This document shows, in pieces, positions 1-9,801 of a DNA stretch of 64,000 bases. The notes beneath the pieces were generated by a model. The model was not told the DNA's origin. It did not search any database and saw nothing but the letters and a program-made list of their open reading frames with translations. The stretch is from Candidatus Cloacimonadales bacterium (GTDB lineage: Bacteria > Cloacimonadota > Cloacimonadia > Cloacimonadales > JAFGVF01), in contig CAXXOU010000004.1 in the NCBI GenBank assembly GCA_963677495.2, positions 704,001 to 768,000 of the forward strand, read 5' to 3'. Both the position numbers and the translations under genes were made by a program. Within the stretch, counting starts at the first letter, position 1. Each line of letters begins with the position of its first letter.

Positions 1-675
1 ATTAGTTGGGGGAGAGACAGTATCAAACAGCACTTCAGCTGTAGTAGAGTTTGAACCTGTCGACCAGCTCAAGTCAGTTGTCAGACTAACATCTGTTTCA
101 TATATATCTGGAAGGGGTGAAGTTGCCATGCCGGGACCAATAGGGGTTCCTACTACCTCAATATCATCAATACAAATACCGAAACCATAATAGGCAGTAC
201 CTGCAAATCCGATTTCAGTAGTTGATGTACAAGTCCCTAACGGTACTTCAATATATGACCAATCGTATATATCGAAGATATTGTTGTACATGTTCTGCCA
301 GCTTCCGTTTTCGGTTGTTTTCTTTTGAACCTCAATCAAATCACTATCATTGAACCAGGCTTCTTTACATATCCAGAAGCGAAGATACAGATTATTGTAA
401 TTAGCTAAGTCCATTTCAGGTAATACCATACGTGAAGAATTCCCGTCTGTTGAAGGATAGAAGAAGAAAGCATTTCTTGAATTGGAATGTGCAGTAGGGG
501 GGTGATCATTATGTCCACCTTCAGCAAGAGACCAGCTACCCAGACCACTTATCCTCTGTTGTTCCCATGAGAAGTAGTAATCGAAGTTAGAATCGAAATC
601 ATAAAAGAAGATGGTTTCAGCTTGAATAGATAGAATAATAGTAATAAAAATGCATAGAATTAATGTCTTTTTCAT
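1..675 (-). CDS. Secreted protein with signal peptide and MAM/cleaved-adhesin-like beta-sandwich domain (5' part; runs off window)
   Basis: Read manually: ATG at 675 with GAGG RBS upstream; MKKTLILCIFITIILSIQA signal peptide, then W/Y/F-rich domain ending ...GFGICIDDIEV; frame stays open to position 1. Confidence 0.7.
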   Translation of the reverse strand, partial: MKKTLILCIFITIILSIQAETIFFYDFDSNFDYYFSWEQQRISGLGSWSLAEGGHNDHPPTAHSNSRNAFFFYPSTDGNSSRMVLPEMDLANYNNLYLRFWICKEAWFNDSDLIEVQKKTTENGSWQNMYNNIFDIYDWSYIEVPLGTCTSTTEIGFAGTAYYGFGICIDDIEVVGTPIGPGMATSPLPDIYETDVSLTTDLSWSTGSNSTTAEVLFDTVSPPTN

Positions 676-749
676 AGTCATACCTCTTAGAATTCCTGAA
701 CAAAGTTCAGCATATAGCTAACTAGTTGTCAATAAATTTATTTACACGC

Positions 750-952
750 GTTTACGTAACTCAGCTTCACATGTACAACGACGTTGAACGTCGTTCCCAC
801 GCAACTCAGTAACAGTACCTTTAGAATGGTCCCAAGACCTTCTAAATGGTGCTCTTGTTACATTCCCCTCTTGTAGAGGGGTGCAGTTGGAAACGGCGGA
901 GTGTTATTCCCCTCTCGTAGAGGGGTGGCGACTTGTCGATGGGGTGGTTTAA
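750..952. repeat. Cluster of host REP-like palindromes (TGTACAACGACGTTGAACGTCGT type; two ATTCCCCTCT..AGAGGGGTG copies)
   Basis: Same motifs recur at 4175-4270 (inverted) and at 11941-12021, 16011-16053 and 18678-18720. Confidence 0.75.
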
Positions 953-1006
953 TTCTTCATTTTTATTCCTTTCATTTCCTGTCGCTCCGGATAATAGAAG
1001 ACGGAT

Positions 1007-1052
1007 GCATCTTGCATTCAGCATTCAGCATTTTGCATTTTGCATTTTGCAT
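1007..1052. repeat. Heptamer tandem repeat (GCATTTT/GCATTCA)n
   Basis: Directly visible; inverted equivalent at 3850-3902. Confidence 0.8.
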
Positions 1053-1327
1053 CCTCTTTCCCTCTCTACTCTCAGCAGTAATTGTTGCTTGCAAATTGAT
1101 TCTAACTTATTAACAAATTGGTCACTTCTTAGTATTTAACCCAAGGATTACCCAAGTGTTTCACAAGGGTTTCCCAAGTGTCTCACAGGAATTACTGCTG
1201 GGAGATGAGGGAGAAATGAAGGTAACTTGCGTGGTTTAATAAACTTTAGGGAAAATGTTAAAAAGTTTCTTGACTTATGAAGAACTTAAAATACATTATA
1301 CTCCATATTTTATCTGGAGGGAAAGTT

Positions 1328-2026
1328 ATGGCAACACCTTATTTGAAAAAAATGTTTGATCAAAAGGATTTTGTATTAGATGCAGTGAATTATGGGGTGA
1401 GGATTCTTTTCATACTTGAATCACCTGGAAACAATGAAGTTAAGAGTAAAAATCCTGCAGTTGGAAAATCAGGAAAGGATATGACAAGGTTATTATTACA
1501 GAAGACCAACGATAATCCAATCATAGGAATAGGTAATCTAATAAAAAATGAGAATAATGAACTTAACACATTATCCGATGAAGACAAAAATTTCGTAAAG
1601 CAACTTGGAGTAATGAATGTATGTAATTATCCTATGCAACATAGACTTAGTACCGATGTCCTAAGAAACTCAGTGATATTCAAGCGAATTAGTAAAAAAC
1701 AAGATAAATATGTTAAAGGAGAATCTTCGGAAAAACTGCAACAGTTACATGATGAAATTATCAATGACTTTAAAGCTAGATTATTAACTGCAATTGATAA
1801 TGGTGTTGAATATATTATTCCATGTGGTACATTTGCTAGAGTTGTTATTGAACAGCTTATTAGTAAAGGAGACATTGAAGAAATACCATATCCAAGTTGG
1901 GCAGAAAATATTCCTCATCCAGCTAGAAATCAATGGTTTCCTCAGGATAATGAAAAGAACAAGTCTAGATTAGGAATAATTCAGAATATGTTAAATGAGA
2001 TAAAATTGATTATTGATAATGGGTGA
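1328..2026 (+). CDS. Uracil-DNA glycosylase superfamily protein
   Basis: ILFILESPG..E...PAVGKSG motif A, NVC, PCGTFA and C-terminal HPAR motif B; GGAGG RBS before ATG 1328. Confidence 0.7.
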   Translation: MATPYLKKMFDQKDFVLDAVNYGVRILFILESPGNNEVKSKNPAVGKSGKDMTRLLLQKTNDNPIIGIGNLIKNENNELNTLSDEDKNFVKQLGVMNVCNYPMQHRLSTDVLRNSVIFKRISKKQDKYVKGESSEKLQQLHDEIINDFKARLLTAIDNGVEYIIPCGTFARVVIEQLISKGDIEEIPYPSWAENIPHPARNQWFPQDNEKNKSRLGIIQNMLNEIKLIIDNG

Positions 2027-2117
2027 TTCTTTGACGAATTTACCTTAATCTAATAAAATCTAAAGAAATGCCATGAGATACTAAAATGTAAATATATGTC
2101 ATTTAAAGGAGCAGGAT

Positions 2118-2786
2118 TTGATAGAAAGTAGAATGAATGAAAGTAAAGTTCTGTTAGAAGTACTTACATCTTTATTGGTGCCATATGACAAATTTAGAAA
2201 GACAACAATATCCAGAATTGCTACATTAGGTGGGAAATATCTTGTTGCAGGAAGTGAAGATATTTCTACTTCAATCGCGAACGATTTTGTTACAAATTAT
2301 GCATATATGACTGCTTTTAAGCTAAAGAGTGAGTTCATAGATCAGTATATTGATAACTCATTGTTACATAATCGATCTAAACCGTTAATTATCAGATTAA
2401 TGTATATTATTGAAATGGTTCGTTCTATTACTATTATATATGACAGGACGATTACGGAGAACAATCTTCATTATGTAAGTATTCACTTAAGTACAAATAT
2501 ACTTGAATTAATCTTAAGGAAGAGATCTAGATCTAGATCTACTATGAATAAATTTTTATATTCCCATCTAAAAAGTGCCACAAATTATAATACAAAGGCA
2601 ATTGAAGAACAAATCTATAATTTGTTAACATTAAATGATATTACAAATTACTTTCACAATTATCGTACAAAACCTAGAGAGTTTTCTCACGGAAGAACAA
2701 TTCAGTTTAAAGTTGAAGACTCTCTTATGTGGAGGATCGGGCAAAGGGTTATTGGATACTATAAATTTCTTGAAATTGAGAATTGA
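2118..2786 (+). CDS. Hypothetical protein
   Basis: 222-aa ORF, GGAG RBS before TTG; no recognised motif. Confidence 0.55.
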   Translation: MIESRMNESKVLLEVLTSLLVPYDKFRKTTISRIATLGGKYLVAGSEDISTSIANDFVTNYAYMTAFKLKSEFIDQYIDNSLLHNRSKPLIIRLMYIIEMVRSITIIYDRTITENNLHYVSIHLSTNILELILRKRSRSRSTMNKFLYSHLKSATNYNTKAIEEQIYNLLTLNDITNYFHNYRTKPREFSHGRTIQFKVEDSLMWRIGQRVIGYYKFLEIEN

Positions 2787-2815
2787 TTTACAAAACAATA
2801 AAGTAAGGAGTTGAA

Positions 2816-3166
2816 ATGCCAACAAAAAAAGAGTTAGCAAAGGAATACGCACAAAGATTACGCGGGAAAAGAGATTCCAGTCTACATGACGAGTTTGCAA
2901 AGATTTTAGATGATATTGAAAAATTAGTATACGAATCTAATAATGAGCCATTAACAAAGCAATTCAAAGTTTCGCTTCTAAATGAAATAAAAAAATATCT
3001 TAGAAAAACAAGGTTAGTTAAGAAAGCTGAGATACTTGATGAAGCTCAAGAAAGTGAAAGGTTTGCACAAAGCTTGAATGCTATTGAAGAATACATTAAA
3101 CCTGCAATAGATGTAATTGAAGCTGAAGTACAAACATTAAATCAAGAGATTGAAGCTGAGGTTTAG
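2816..3166 (+). CDS. Hypothetical charged helical protein
   Basis: 116-aa ORF with AAGGAG RBS. Confidence 0.65.
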   Translation: MPTKKELAKEYAQRLRGKRDSSLHDEFAKILDDIEKLVYESNNEPLTKQFKVSLLNEIKKYLRKTRLVKKAEILDEAQESERFAQSLNAIEEYIKPAIDVIEAEVQTLNQEIEAEV

Positions 3167-3170
3167 CAGA

Positions 3171-3617
3171 ATGGAGTTATTTATTGATTACATAATACCC
3201 TTTCTAGCTTTATTGATTTCAGTACTTAATTCTTCTTTTTATCTATTTAGTTATAGAGTTGAGTTAAAGCAACGTAAATTTGATCTTGAACATAAACTGC
3301 TAATTGATATTAGAGATGCTAGGTCAAAATTCTTAGATATCTGTGACAAACTTACAAGTATTCCTAAAAATAAAACTGAACTAACCTCAGTTGTTGCAGC
3401 TATGGTTGAAGAGAGGAAAGAAGAGTATTTAAACACTATTGACTATACTTGCGACAAGTATTTGAATGGTTTTTTAGATAAGAAGAGTTTTATCAATAAT
3501 CTGAGTCCTTTAGTTTTAACTATATCATCATCCAAGACGCTTAGAAACAGTGTGTTCAATGAAAAGAAAAATATTTATCCAAACATAAAAAGAGTCGTAT
3601 TGGAATTAGAAAAATGA
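3171..3617 (+). CDS. Hypothetical protein with N-terminal transmembrane helix
   Basis: Hydrophobic stretch YIIPFLALLISVLNSSFYLF followed by helical domain. Confidence 0.6.
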   Translation: MELFIDYIIPFLALLISVLNSSFYLFSYRVELKQRKFDLEHKLLIDIRDARSKFLDICDKLTSIPKNKTELTSVVAAMVEERKEEYLNTIDYTCDKYLNGFLDKKSFINNLSPLVLTISSSKTLRNSVFNEKKNIYPNIKRVVLELEK

Positions 3618-3831
3618 TTTTAATCTAAGTGCGTCTAGATTATACAGTTATTCTTGAAGTATGAATATTGTTCATTTATGTTAATTCTTATGAAAAAGTT
3701 GGATGATATACCTTCCTTATGATTATGGAGAGTTTAAAATTCCCGAAATGAAAAAATAAAAAAGTTTACCATTTTGTAAGTAAAACGGGCTTTTTGTGAG
3801 CAAGGGTAAGTGAAACGAGGTTTCACAGGTA

Positions 3832-4270
3832 ATAGCCTAGAGCCAATAGCTGAATGCTGAATGCTAGATGCAAAATGCAAGATGTAAAATGCAAGATGCA
3901 AAAAGGGAATAGTTCGACCCCTTTGGGGTCGTGGTTTGTTGGTGGTTGTTGACCCCACGCTTGCGCATGGGGCTATTCAGGTTCAGCTAACTTCGTAGCT
4001 GATATATATAAGAAATAGTACAGTGGATAGCTGAGCTACGGTGTACTTAGGAGACATCTGAGGGCTCAAGATGTTGAGCCCCTACGAAAGTGTTGACCTC
4101 AGCCGAGACAGCTGAGCTACGTAAAACGGTGCTCCGGACCGTTTCAATCACCCAGGGGTGGTTGCGTTACATTGGGGAAACGACGTGCAACATCGATGTA
4201 CATTTGAAGAAAGGGACGTGCAACGTCGATGTACATTTTGAAGAAAGCGACGTGCAACGTCGTTGAACAT
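3832..4270. repeat. Intergenic REP/heptamer repeat cluster
   Basis: Heptamers 3832-3902, CGACCCCTTTGGGGTCG hairpin, AGCTGAGCTACG twice, three (C/G)GACGTGCAAC(A/G)TCG(A/T)TG copies at 4181-4270. Confidence 0.75.
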
Positions 4271-4348
4271 ACTATTAACTGATATTCACTTGACAGCATG
4301 CCGTATGAAAAGAATTTTGGGGAAATAACAATATATTCTGGAGGATAA

Positions 4349-5266
4349 ATGGCTTTCACTAAACTATCTCAAACATTCGATTTCTTAAAGGATAAACCAA
4401 AGAAGAAACTTGTTGCTGTATATGCAAATGACTCTCACACAATCGGAGCTGTTAATATGGCAGTTGATAAAGGTATTATTGATGGTATCTTACTCGGTGA
4501 CAAGGAGACAATCGAGAAGGTTTGTAAGGAAGAGGGAATCGATGTTAATAAGTTCCAGGTTATTCATGAATCAAATCCGATGCAGTGTGCTTTGAAAGCA
4601 TGTGATATGATTAATGCCGGTGAAGGTGACCTTATTATGAAAGGTCTCTTAAGCACTGATCAATATATGAGAGCTATCCTTAATAAAGAGCGTGGCCTCA
4701 TGGAGAAGAAAGCTGTGCTTAGTCATGTAACTGTGTTTGAGATTCCAAGTTATCATAAGCTTATGATTGCCGGTGATGTTGCTATTATCCCTGCTCCGGA
4801 CTTGAATCAGAAGATTGCTATTACTAACTACCTAATAAAAACAGCTCATGCACTTGGTATCGAAAAACCTAAAGTTGGTATGCTCGCTGCTTCTGAGCAG
4901 ACTCTTCCTAAGATGCAAGCTTGTGTTGACGCGGCTATTATCTCTAAGATGGCCGAAAGAGGTCAGATTAAAGGTGCCTATGTTGACGGTCCTCTCGCTT
5001 TTGACCTTATGGTTGATGCTGAGTCAGTTAAAATTAAAAAGCTTGTTAGCCCTGTTGCCGGTGATGTTGATTGCGTTGTATTCCCTAATATTGAAAGCGG
5101 AAACGTATTCTATAAATCAATCACACGCTTCGGTGGTGCATCACTTGGTGCTCTCGTTGTTGGAGCTAAGGTTCCGGCTGTGCTCTCATCTCGTGGTGAC
5201 ACAACCGAAACTAAGATGTACTCAATTGCACTCGGTGCTACTCTTGCTTTCTTGAATAATAAATAA
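4349..5266 (+). CDS. ptb: Phosphate butyryltransferase / phosphate acyltransferase (PTA_PTB family)
   Basis: LIMKGLLST, DGPLAFD, SPVAGDVD, PNIESGN and SSRGD motifs. Confidence 0.85.
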   Translation: MAFTKLSQTFDFLKDKPKKKLVAVYANDSHTIGAVNMAVDKGIIDGILLGDKETIEKVCKEEGIDVNKFQVIHESNPMQCALKACDMINAGEGDLIMKGLLSTDQYMRAILNKERGLMEKKAVLSHVTVFEIPSYHKLMIAGDVAIIPAPDLNQKIAITNYLIKTAHALGIEKPKVGMLAASEQTLPKMQACVDAAIISKMAERGQIKGAYVDGPLAFDLMVDAESVKIKKLVSPVAGDVDCVVFPNIESGNVFYKSITRFGGASLGALVVGAKVPAVLSSRGDTTETKMYSIALGATLAFLNNK

Positions 5267-5286
5267 GAAATAGACTATTATAAATG

Positions 5287-5316
5287 AAAAGGCTACCGGA
5301 AACGGTGGCCTTTTTT
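5287..5316 (+). terminator. Intrinsic terminator after ptb
   Basis: AAAAGGCTACCG-GAAA-CGGTGGCCTTTTTT. Confidence 0.8.
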
Positions 5317-5464
5317 AATATCCACAGACTTATACTGACAGGCACTGACTTGCACTGACATATAGGAAGAGTTGCCACTGATTCCTCAGATTAGCTCAGA
5401 AAGTACAGAGGTGTCAATGGCATTTTAAATTGGTACAGTTTGGCATTTAAAAATGGTACAGTCT

Positions 5465-6196
5465 TCATTTTTGAAAATTCCTTAGTCTAAAGCTGTCTCC
5501 GAGCATTGTAATTGGTTGTGAGTGATGGAGTAATCTATCAAGAATAGCAGTTGCTATCACATTGTCGTTAAAAATAGCTCCCCATTCATTAAACAACCTA
5601 TTCGATGTTATGATTACTGATCTAAATTCGTATAAGAGATGGATGAGTCTAAAGAACAGATTAGCTGCCTTTGTCTGGAGAGGAAGATACCCCATCTCAT
5701 CTATAACTATCAGATCATTCTTGGCTATATTGCTTAGATATTTATCTATGTTGTTATCTGCTTCAGCTAGTACAAGTTCTTCGATAAGGTTGTTCAGATT
5801 ATAAAACACCACCTTATATCCTGCCTTTATTGCTTCATAACTGAGTGCTGTTGCAACATGAGTCTTACCTACTCCCGGAGGTCCCATTAAAATTATATTC
5901 CTCCTCTGCTCCAGCCAGACAAAGTTCTTCCACTCCTTTACTTGTCTTTTGGTTATTACTTGTTGATAAGCATAGTCGAACTCATCAAAGGTCTTTATTA
6001 CCGGGATGTGAGCCTGTTTAAGTCTTCTGTTGATATTGGTTTGATTCCTTCCTGAGTTCTCTTTTTCAAATAGATAATGTACGAACTCCAGATAAGTCAT
6101 ATTCTGTTTCTCTGCTTCTAAAACTGCACTTTCAAGAGTATTCAAAATATGAGTACAACGAGCCCTTTTGATGTATGTTTTAGTTATCTCTATCAT
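5465..6196 (-). CDS. istB: IS21 helper ATPase IstB
   Basis: GPPGVGKT Walker A, IDEMGYLP, TSNR.F..W and AILDRLLHH motifs. Confidence 0.95.
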   Translation of the reverse strand: MIEITKTYIKRARCTHILNTLESAVLEAEKQNMTYLEFVHYLFEKENSGRNQTNINRRLKQAHIPVIKTFDEFDYAYQQVITKRQVKEWKNFVWLEQRRNIILMGPPGVGKTHVATALSYEAIKAGYKVVFYNLNNLIEELVLAEADNNIDKYLSNIAKNDLIVIDEMGYLPLQTKAANLFFRLIHLLYEFRSVIITSNRLFNEWGAIFNDNVIATAILDRLLHHSQPITMLGDSFRLRNFQK

Positions 6197-6197
6197 C

Positions 6198-7673
6198 TTA
6201 TAACACCTTCATGTAGTCATCTAATGAGCGCTCTATTAATGAACTCTCTGAGTCTTGTTGTGGTTCTGATTCTGATAATTCATTTAGCTTCATTTGTCTT
6301 ACTTTTGCATTCAGAAGCTTCTCTATGGCTGTTGCCTTTACATGCGAAAGAGTCATTACCTCAGGAAGCACTGACTCCCATACATCTGTTTCATAGTTAC
6401 GCTTAAACTTGCTTAAGGCTCTCAACTGATCCCTTGCTATTTTAGGGTTATCATTAACAAGCCTCTGGATTAGTTCTTCTCCTTGGATATATTCACTCAT
6501 CTCATCCTTTACTCGCTCAATAAGCTCTTGTAGCACTACCGTAAAATCCCGATAATGATTAGTGTTTTTGATGATTTTGCCTTTTTCTGTGCATAGCTCA
6601 TGTTGGCAGATTTCCTTTCTTGTATAAATATCCATCACCACTAAAGTGCTCTTTTCTTTTTGCACATATACCTGTTTTCGCTGATACTCTAATGGAACAG
6701 AGTACTTATTACCCTCATACGAGATTAAGCCTGTTTTATCTGCATTACGAACTTCTAAAGTGAAGATAAACTCTGGAATATCTTTTAGCTTTAACCTCTC
6801 TTCTTGCCATACTTCTGATGGTACTTTACGGGTTGTGCCATGGGTTCTGCCGTTAAAGTGTAAAAGCCACTCAAGTCCGCGTGAACGCAGGTCTGCCAGG
6901 TCTTTGAACTCTTTGCCATACATAAAGCCATGCTTTACTTCTGAGACATTACGCTCTACTTTACCCTTGCTTTGTGGATCATAGCCTTCGCATACATGAG
7001 GATGAAAGCCCGTTTTTGCTGCAAACTGATGGAACTGATTATTTAAGATTACTTCCCGATAGCGTTCCTGTATTACTACAAGCTTTGTCTGGTCGTAAAC
7101 ACACTCTGAAGGGATACCTTCAAAATAGATAAAAGCTTCACGATGAGCTTCAATAAACCTTGATGTGTTATATGGTGTTGTGCTCCAATGGACATAGCTT
7201 TGACGCGAGTGGGAAAGCACAAAAACTATAAAATAAACTCTTTGACGTTTATTACCCAAAACTACTTTCATCTCACCTGGATCAACTTGAACCTGAACAC
7301 CGGGAGCCGTCTCGATTACTGCATAATTACGGTATTTATCGACAGGATAAGTCTGCTTTAGCTTACGAACAAAATCTCGGAAAGCTCTGTCTTTTGCTTT
7401 TATCTCAGGGAACTTTTTCTTAACTTCTAAATATAGTACACTAGCTCTTAATCGTGGATATTTGCTAAGCCTTTCGCGGACATATTGCTCACATATGGCA
7501 AAACTGCTTTCACGAATGCTATTGTTTATTAGTTCCATGAACTCATCAAGTGTCATATTTATGTATTTACCTACTGTTGTCTTTGATAGAGACAACTCCT
7601 CTGCGATCTTACGCTGACTATGCCCTTGCTTATGCATAGTTTTTATTGAATGATACACTTCTACTCCAATCAT
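6198..7673 (-). CDS. istA: IS21 transposase IstA
   Basis: N-terminal HTH, ETAPGVQVQVD, YDQTK and PQSKGKVER motifs; start moved to ATG 7673 behind GGAG RBS. Confidence 0.95.
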   Translation of the reverse strand: MIGVEVYHSIKTMHKQGHSQRKIAEELSLSKTTVGKYINMTLDEFMELINNSIRESSFAICEQYVRERLSKYPRLRASVLYLEVKKKFPEIKAKDRAFRDFVRKLKQTYPVDKYRNYAVIETAPGVQVQVDPGEMKVVLGNKRQRVYFIVFVLSHSRQSYVHWSTTPYNTSRFIEAHREAFIYFEGIPSECVYDQTKLVVIQERYREVILNNQFHQFAAKTGFHPHVCEGYDPQSKGKVERNVSEVKHGFMYGKEFKDLADLRSRGLEWLLHFNGRTHGTTRKVPSEVWQEERLKLKDIPEFIFTLEVRNADKTGLISYEGNKYSVPLEYQRKQVYVQKEKSTLVVMDIYTRKEICQHELCTEKGKIIKNTNHYRDFTVVLQELIERVKDEMSEYIQGEELIQRLVNDNPKIARDQLRALSKFKRNYETDVWESVLPEVMTLSHVKATAIEKLLNAKVRQMKLNELSESEPQQDSESSLIERSLDDYMKVL

Positions 7674-8081
7674 ACCTACTCCAAACTGTCTTGAAGTAGT
7701 CATTTTTAAAGGTTGGCAGTTTTGTACCACTTTTCACTGCCATCGTGTACCATTTCTCACTGCCATTGACAGTACAGAGGAAGATTACAGTTAGGTGATA
7801 GCCCATTAATTAAAGAGATTCCTATTGTACATTCCACTACTTAGGTGGTTTTGCCCAAAAGTGCCCGAAACTCATAGGGGGGGACAGAATGAGAGAGAAA
7901 TAGGGGAATATATTTTAGCTTCGCTGAAAATGGGGGTTTAGGGGTTATAGGGAACAATTTTTATTGGCGAGAAATAATCATAGAGGGACAAAATAACGGA
8001 GAAATTTGGAGATGTTTGGCGAAGTTTGGCAATTTAATGGCAATTAGCAATTTACAGCACTACCGGGACTCGGTTCTTATA

Positions 8082-8538
8082 CTTTAGGTCAAAATGATAG
8101 AGAAATAATAGGCGACATAGGCAACAGTGATAAGCGACACTAACGCTAAGTAATTAGAAAATAATACTTTAGATAGGCGACAATATAGGCAACATACACG
8201 CTTTAGGTCAAAATGGTAGAGAAATAATAGGCGACATAGGCGACAGCGATAAGCGACACTAACGCTAAATAATCAGAAAATAATACTTTAGATAGGCGAC
8301 AATATAGGCAACATACACGCTTTAGGTCAAAATGGTAGAGAAATAATAGGCGACATAGGCGACAATATAGGCGACACACACGCTTTAGGTCAAAATGGTA
8401 GAGAAATAATAGGCGACATAGGCGACAGCGATAAGCGACACTAACGCTAAATAATCAGAAAATAATACTTTAGATAGGCGACAATATAGGCGACACACAC
8501 GCTTTAGGTCAAAATGATAGAGAAATAATAGGCGACAC
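8082..8538. repeat. Tandem array of 119-bp units near the prophage left end
   Basis: Units start CTTTAGGTCAAAATG at 8082, 8201, 8320, 8383 and 8502 (spacing 119,119,63,119); about 19 TA(G/A)GC(G/A)ACA cores. Confidence 0.95.
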
Positions 8539-8552
8539 TATAACGGAACCTG

Positions 8553-9140
8553 CTATTCTATTCTGCCATGTCTCGCAGTTACCTCATATTGATAGCTACC
8601 TGATCCAGGTCTCCAAGAGTTGGAGTATCTATTTGCATCTATTGCCCAGACATGAACGCCAAAGTCAATCTCTTCATTTCCTCGTAGTGCTGCACCTTTG
8701 CATATTGTCTTAAAATCATTAGGGAACTGATTGAATCCAATGTATACATCATTGCCATCGACTGACACCCACTCTACTTCTTTTATGCTTTTTAAGTAGC
8801 TTATGGAACCTGATAAAGATTCCTTTCCGGTATTTGTCTTACTGGGGATGTTGATTGCACTGCTAACAAGCAGGATAAGTATTATACAGGTTGAGGATAC
8901 AGTGATAAGTTGTAGTTTTGAGTGTTTAGCACCACACTTAGAACAGGTGAATGTGAATATTGAATCATCACTATTATCGCACATCTTGCATTTGTTTTTT
9001 AGGAAGGGGAATGCAAATGAAAAACCTTTAACTTTCTTGGTTTCATCACCAGGTTCATCATATATAGAGGTTGTGTTGTCATAAGACTTATAAAGGAAAT
9101 AAAGAACACCTACTATGAGAATGATTAAAAACAGAGCCAT
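8553..9140 (-). CDS. Prophage membrane protein with CxxC..CxxC zinc-ribbon-like segment
   Basis: Two hydrophobic helices flanking CKMC..CSKC; directly downstream of cI with AGGAGG RBS. Confidence 0.7.
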   Translation of the reverse strand: MALFLIILIVGVLYFLYKSYDNTTSIYDEPGDETKKVKGFSFAFPFLKNKCKMCDNSDDSIFTFTCSKCGAKHSKLQLITVSSTCIILILLVSSAINIPSKTNTGKESLSGSISYLKSIKEVEWVSVDGNDVYIGFNQFPNDFKTICKGAALRGNEEIDFGVHVWAIDANRYSNSWRPGSGSYQYEVTARHGRIE

Positions 9141-9148
9141 GACACCTC

Positions 9149-9790
9149 CTACTTGAATGATCTAATTAAGTAATCCAACACTCCTATGATTCTGACATCC
9201 ATATTGTCATTGAGCTTGATTGGTTTGAATTTGAGGTTGAAAGGGAATAACCAGGCATTCTTACTTTCATGATCCAGGACAAACTTTTTGAGGGTGATAC
9301 CATCATCAATCCTAACTGCAACAACCCGGTTATCGTAGCAATCCTCTAAGCAATCCCGGTTGATGATCACAATATCATTATGCTGCACTACAGGTTTCAT
9401 ACTTGTACCATTAACCCGGAAAGCAACAAGACTCTCAACAGGCAAGGCACTGGAGACTTGAACAACACCAAGTTCATGGTCTATTGCTTCAAAAGGCTCC
9501 CCGGCTGAGATTTCAGCAGATATTGGGATTTCATTCATCTCGTGAGTTACCGGGAATGAAACTGTTGGCAATTCAGGAGAATTGAGAAGCATATTACCTT
9601 CTCCGGTTAGAAGCCAATGCAGGTTAACACTATATAGTTTACTGATTTTATGTAATAATGGCATATTGGGTTCTATGTTATTCTTCTCTAACCTACTGTA
9701 ATTGCCTTGATTTATCTCCAATACAGAAGAAATCTGCATTTGTGTAAGTCCTTGTGATAACCTTAGTTCCTTCAATCTTTTGCCAATCAT
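9149..9790 (-). CDS. CI-like phage repressor (XRE HTH + S24 peptidase)
   Basis: N-terminal HTH with NLHWLLTGEG; SAG cleavage site, VNGTSM serine, TLKK lysine. Confidence 0.9.
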   Translation of the reverse strand: MIGKRLKELRLSQGLTQMQISSVLEINQGNYSRLEKNNIEPNMPLLHKISKLYSVNLHWLLTGEGNMLLNSPELPTVSFPVTHEMNEIPISAEISAGEPFEAIDHELGVVQVSSALPVESLVAFRVNGTSMKPVVQHNDIVIINRDCLEDCYDNRVVAVRIDDGITLKKFVLDHESKNAWLFPFNLKFKPIKLNDNMDVRIIGVLDYLIRSFK

Positions 9791-9801
9791 TAAAACACCT
9801 T

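Larger units (their letters stand above)
5412..7771 (-). mobile_element. Complete IS21-family insertion sequence
   Basis: Terminal IRs TGTCAATGGCA...TGCCATTGACA with internal repeated TGGCA..TGGTACA sites; istA+istB; flanking direct repeat GTACAGAGG at 5403-5411 and 7772-7780. Confidence 0.95.

Noticed and set aside
842..1139. Short ORFs over repeat clusters (also 3734-4359, 53632-53847, 62935-63678)
   Set aside because: They are translations of heptamer/REP repeats without RBS or protein-like composition.
8082..8538. CRISPR array
   Set aside because: Sequences between repeats are themselves repeated (no unique spacers) and there are no cas genes in the window.
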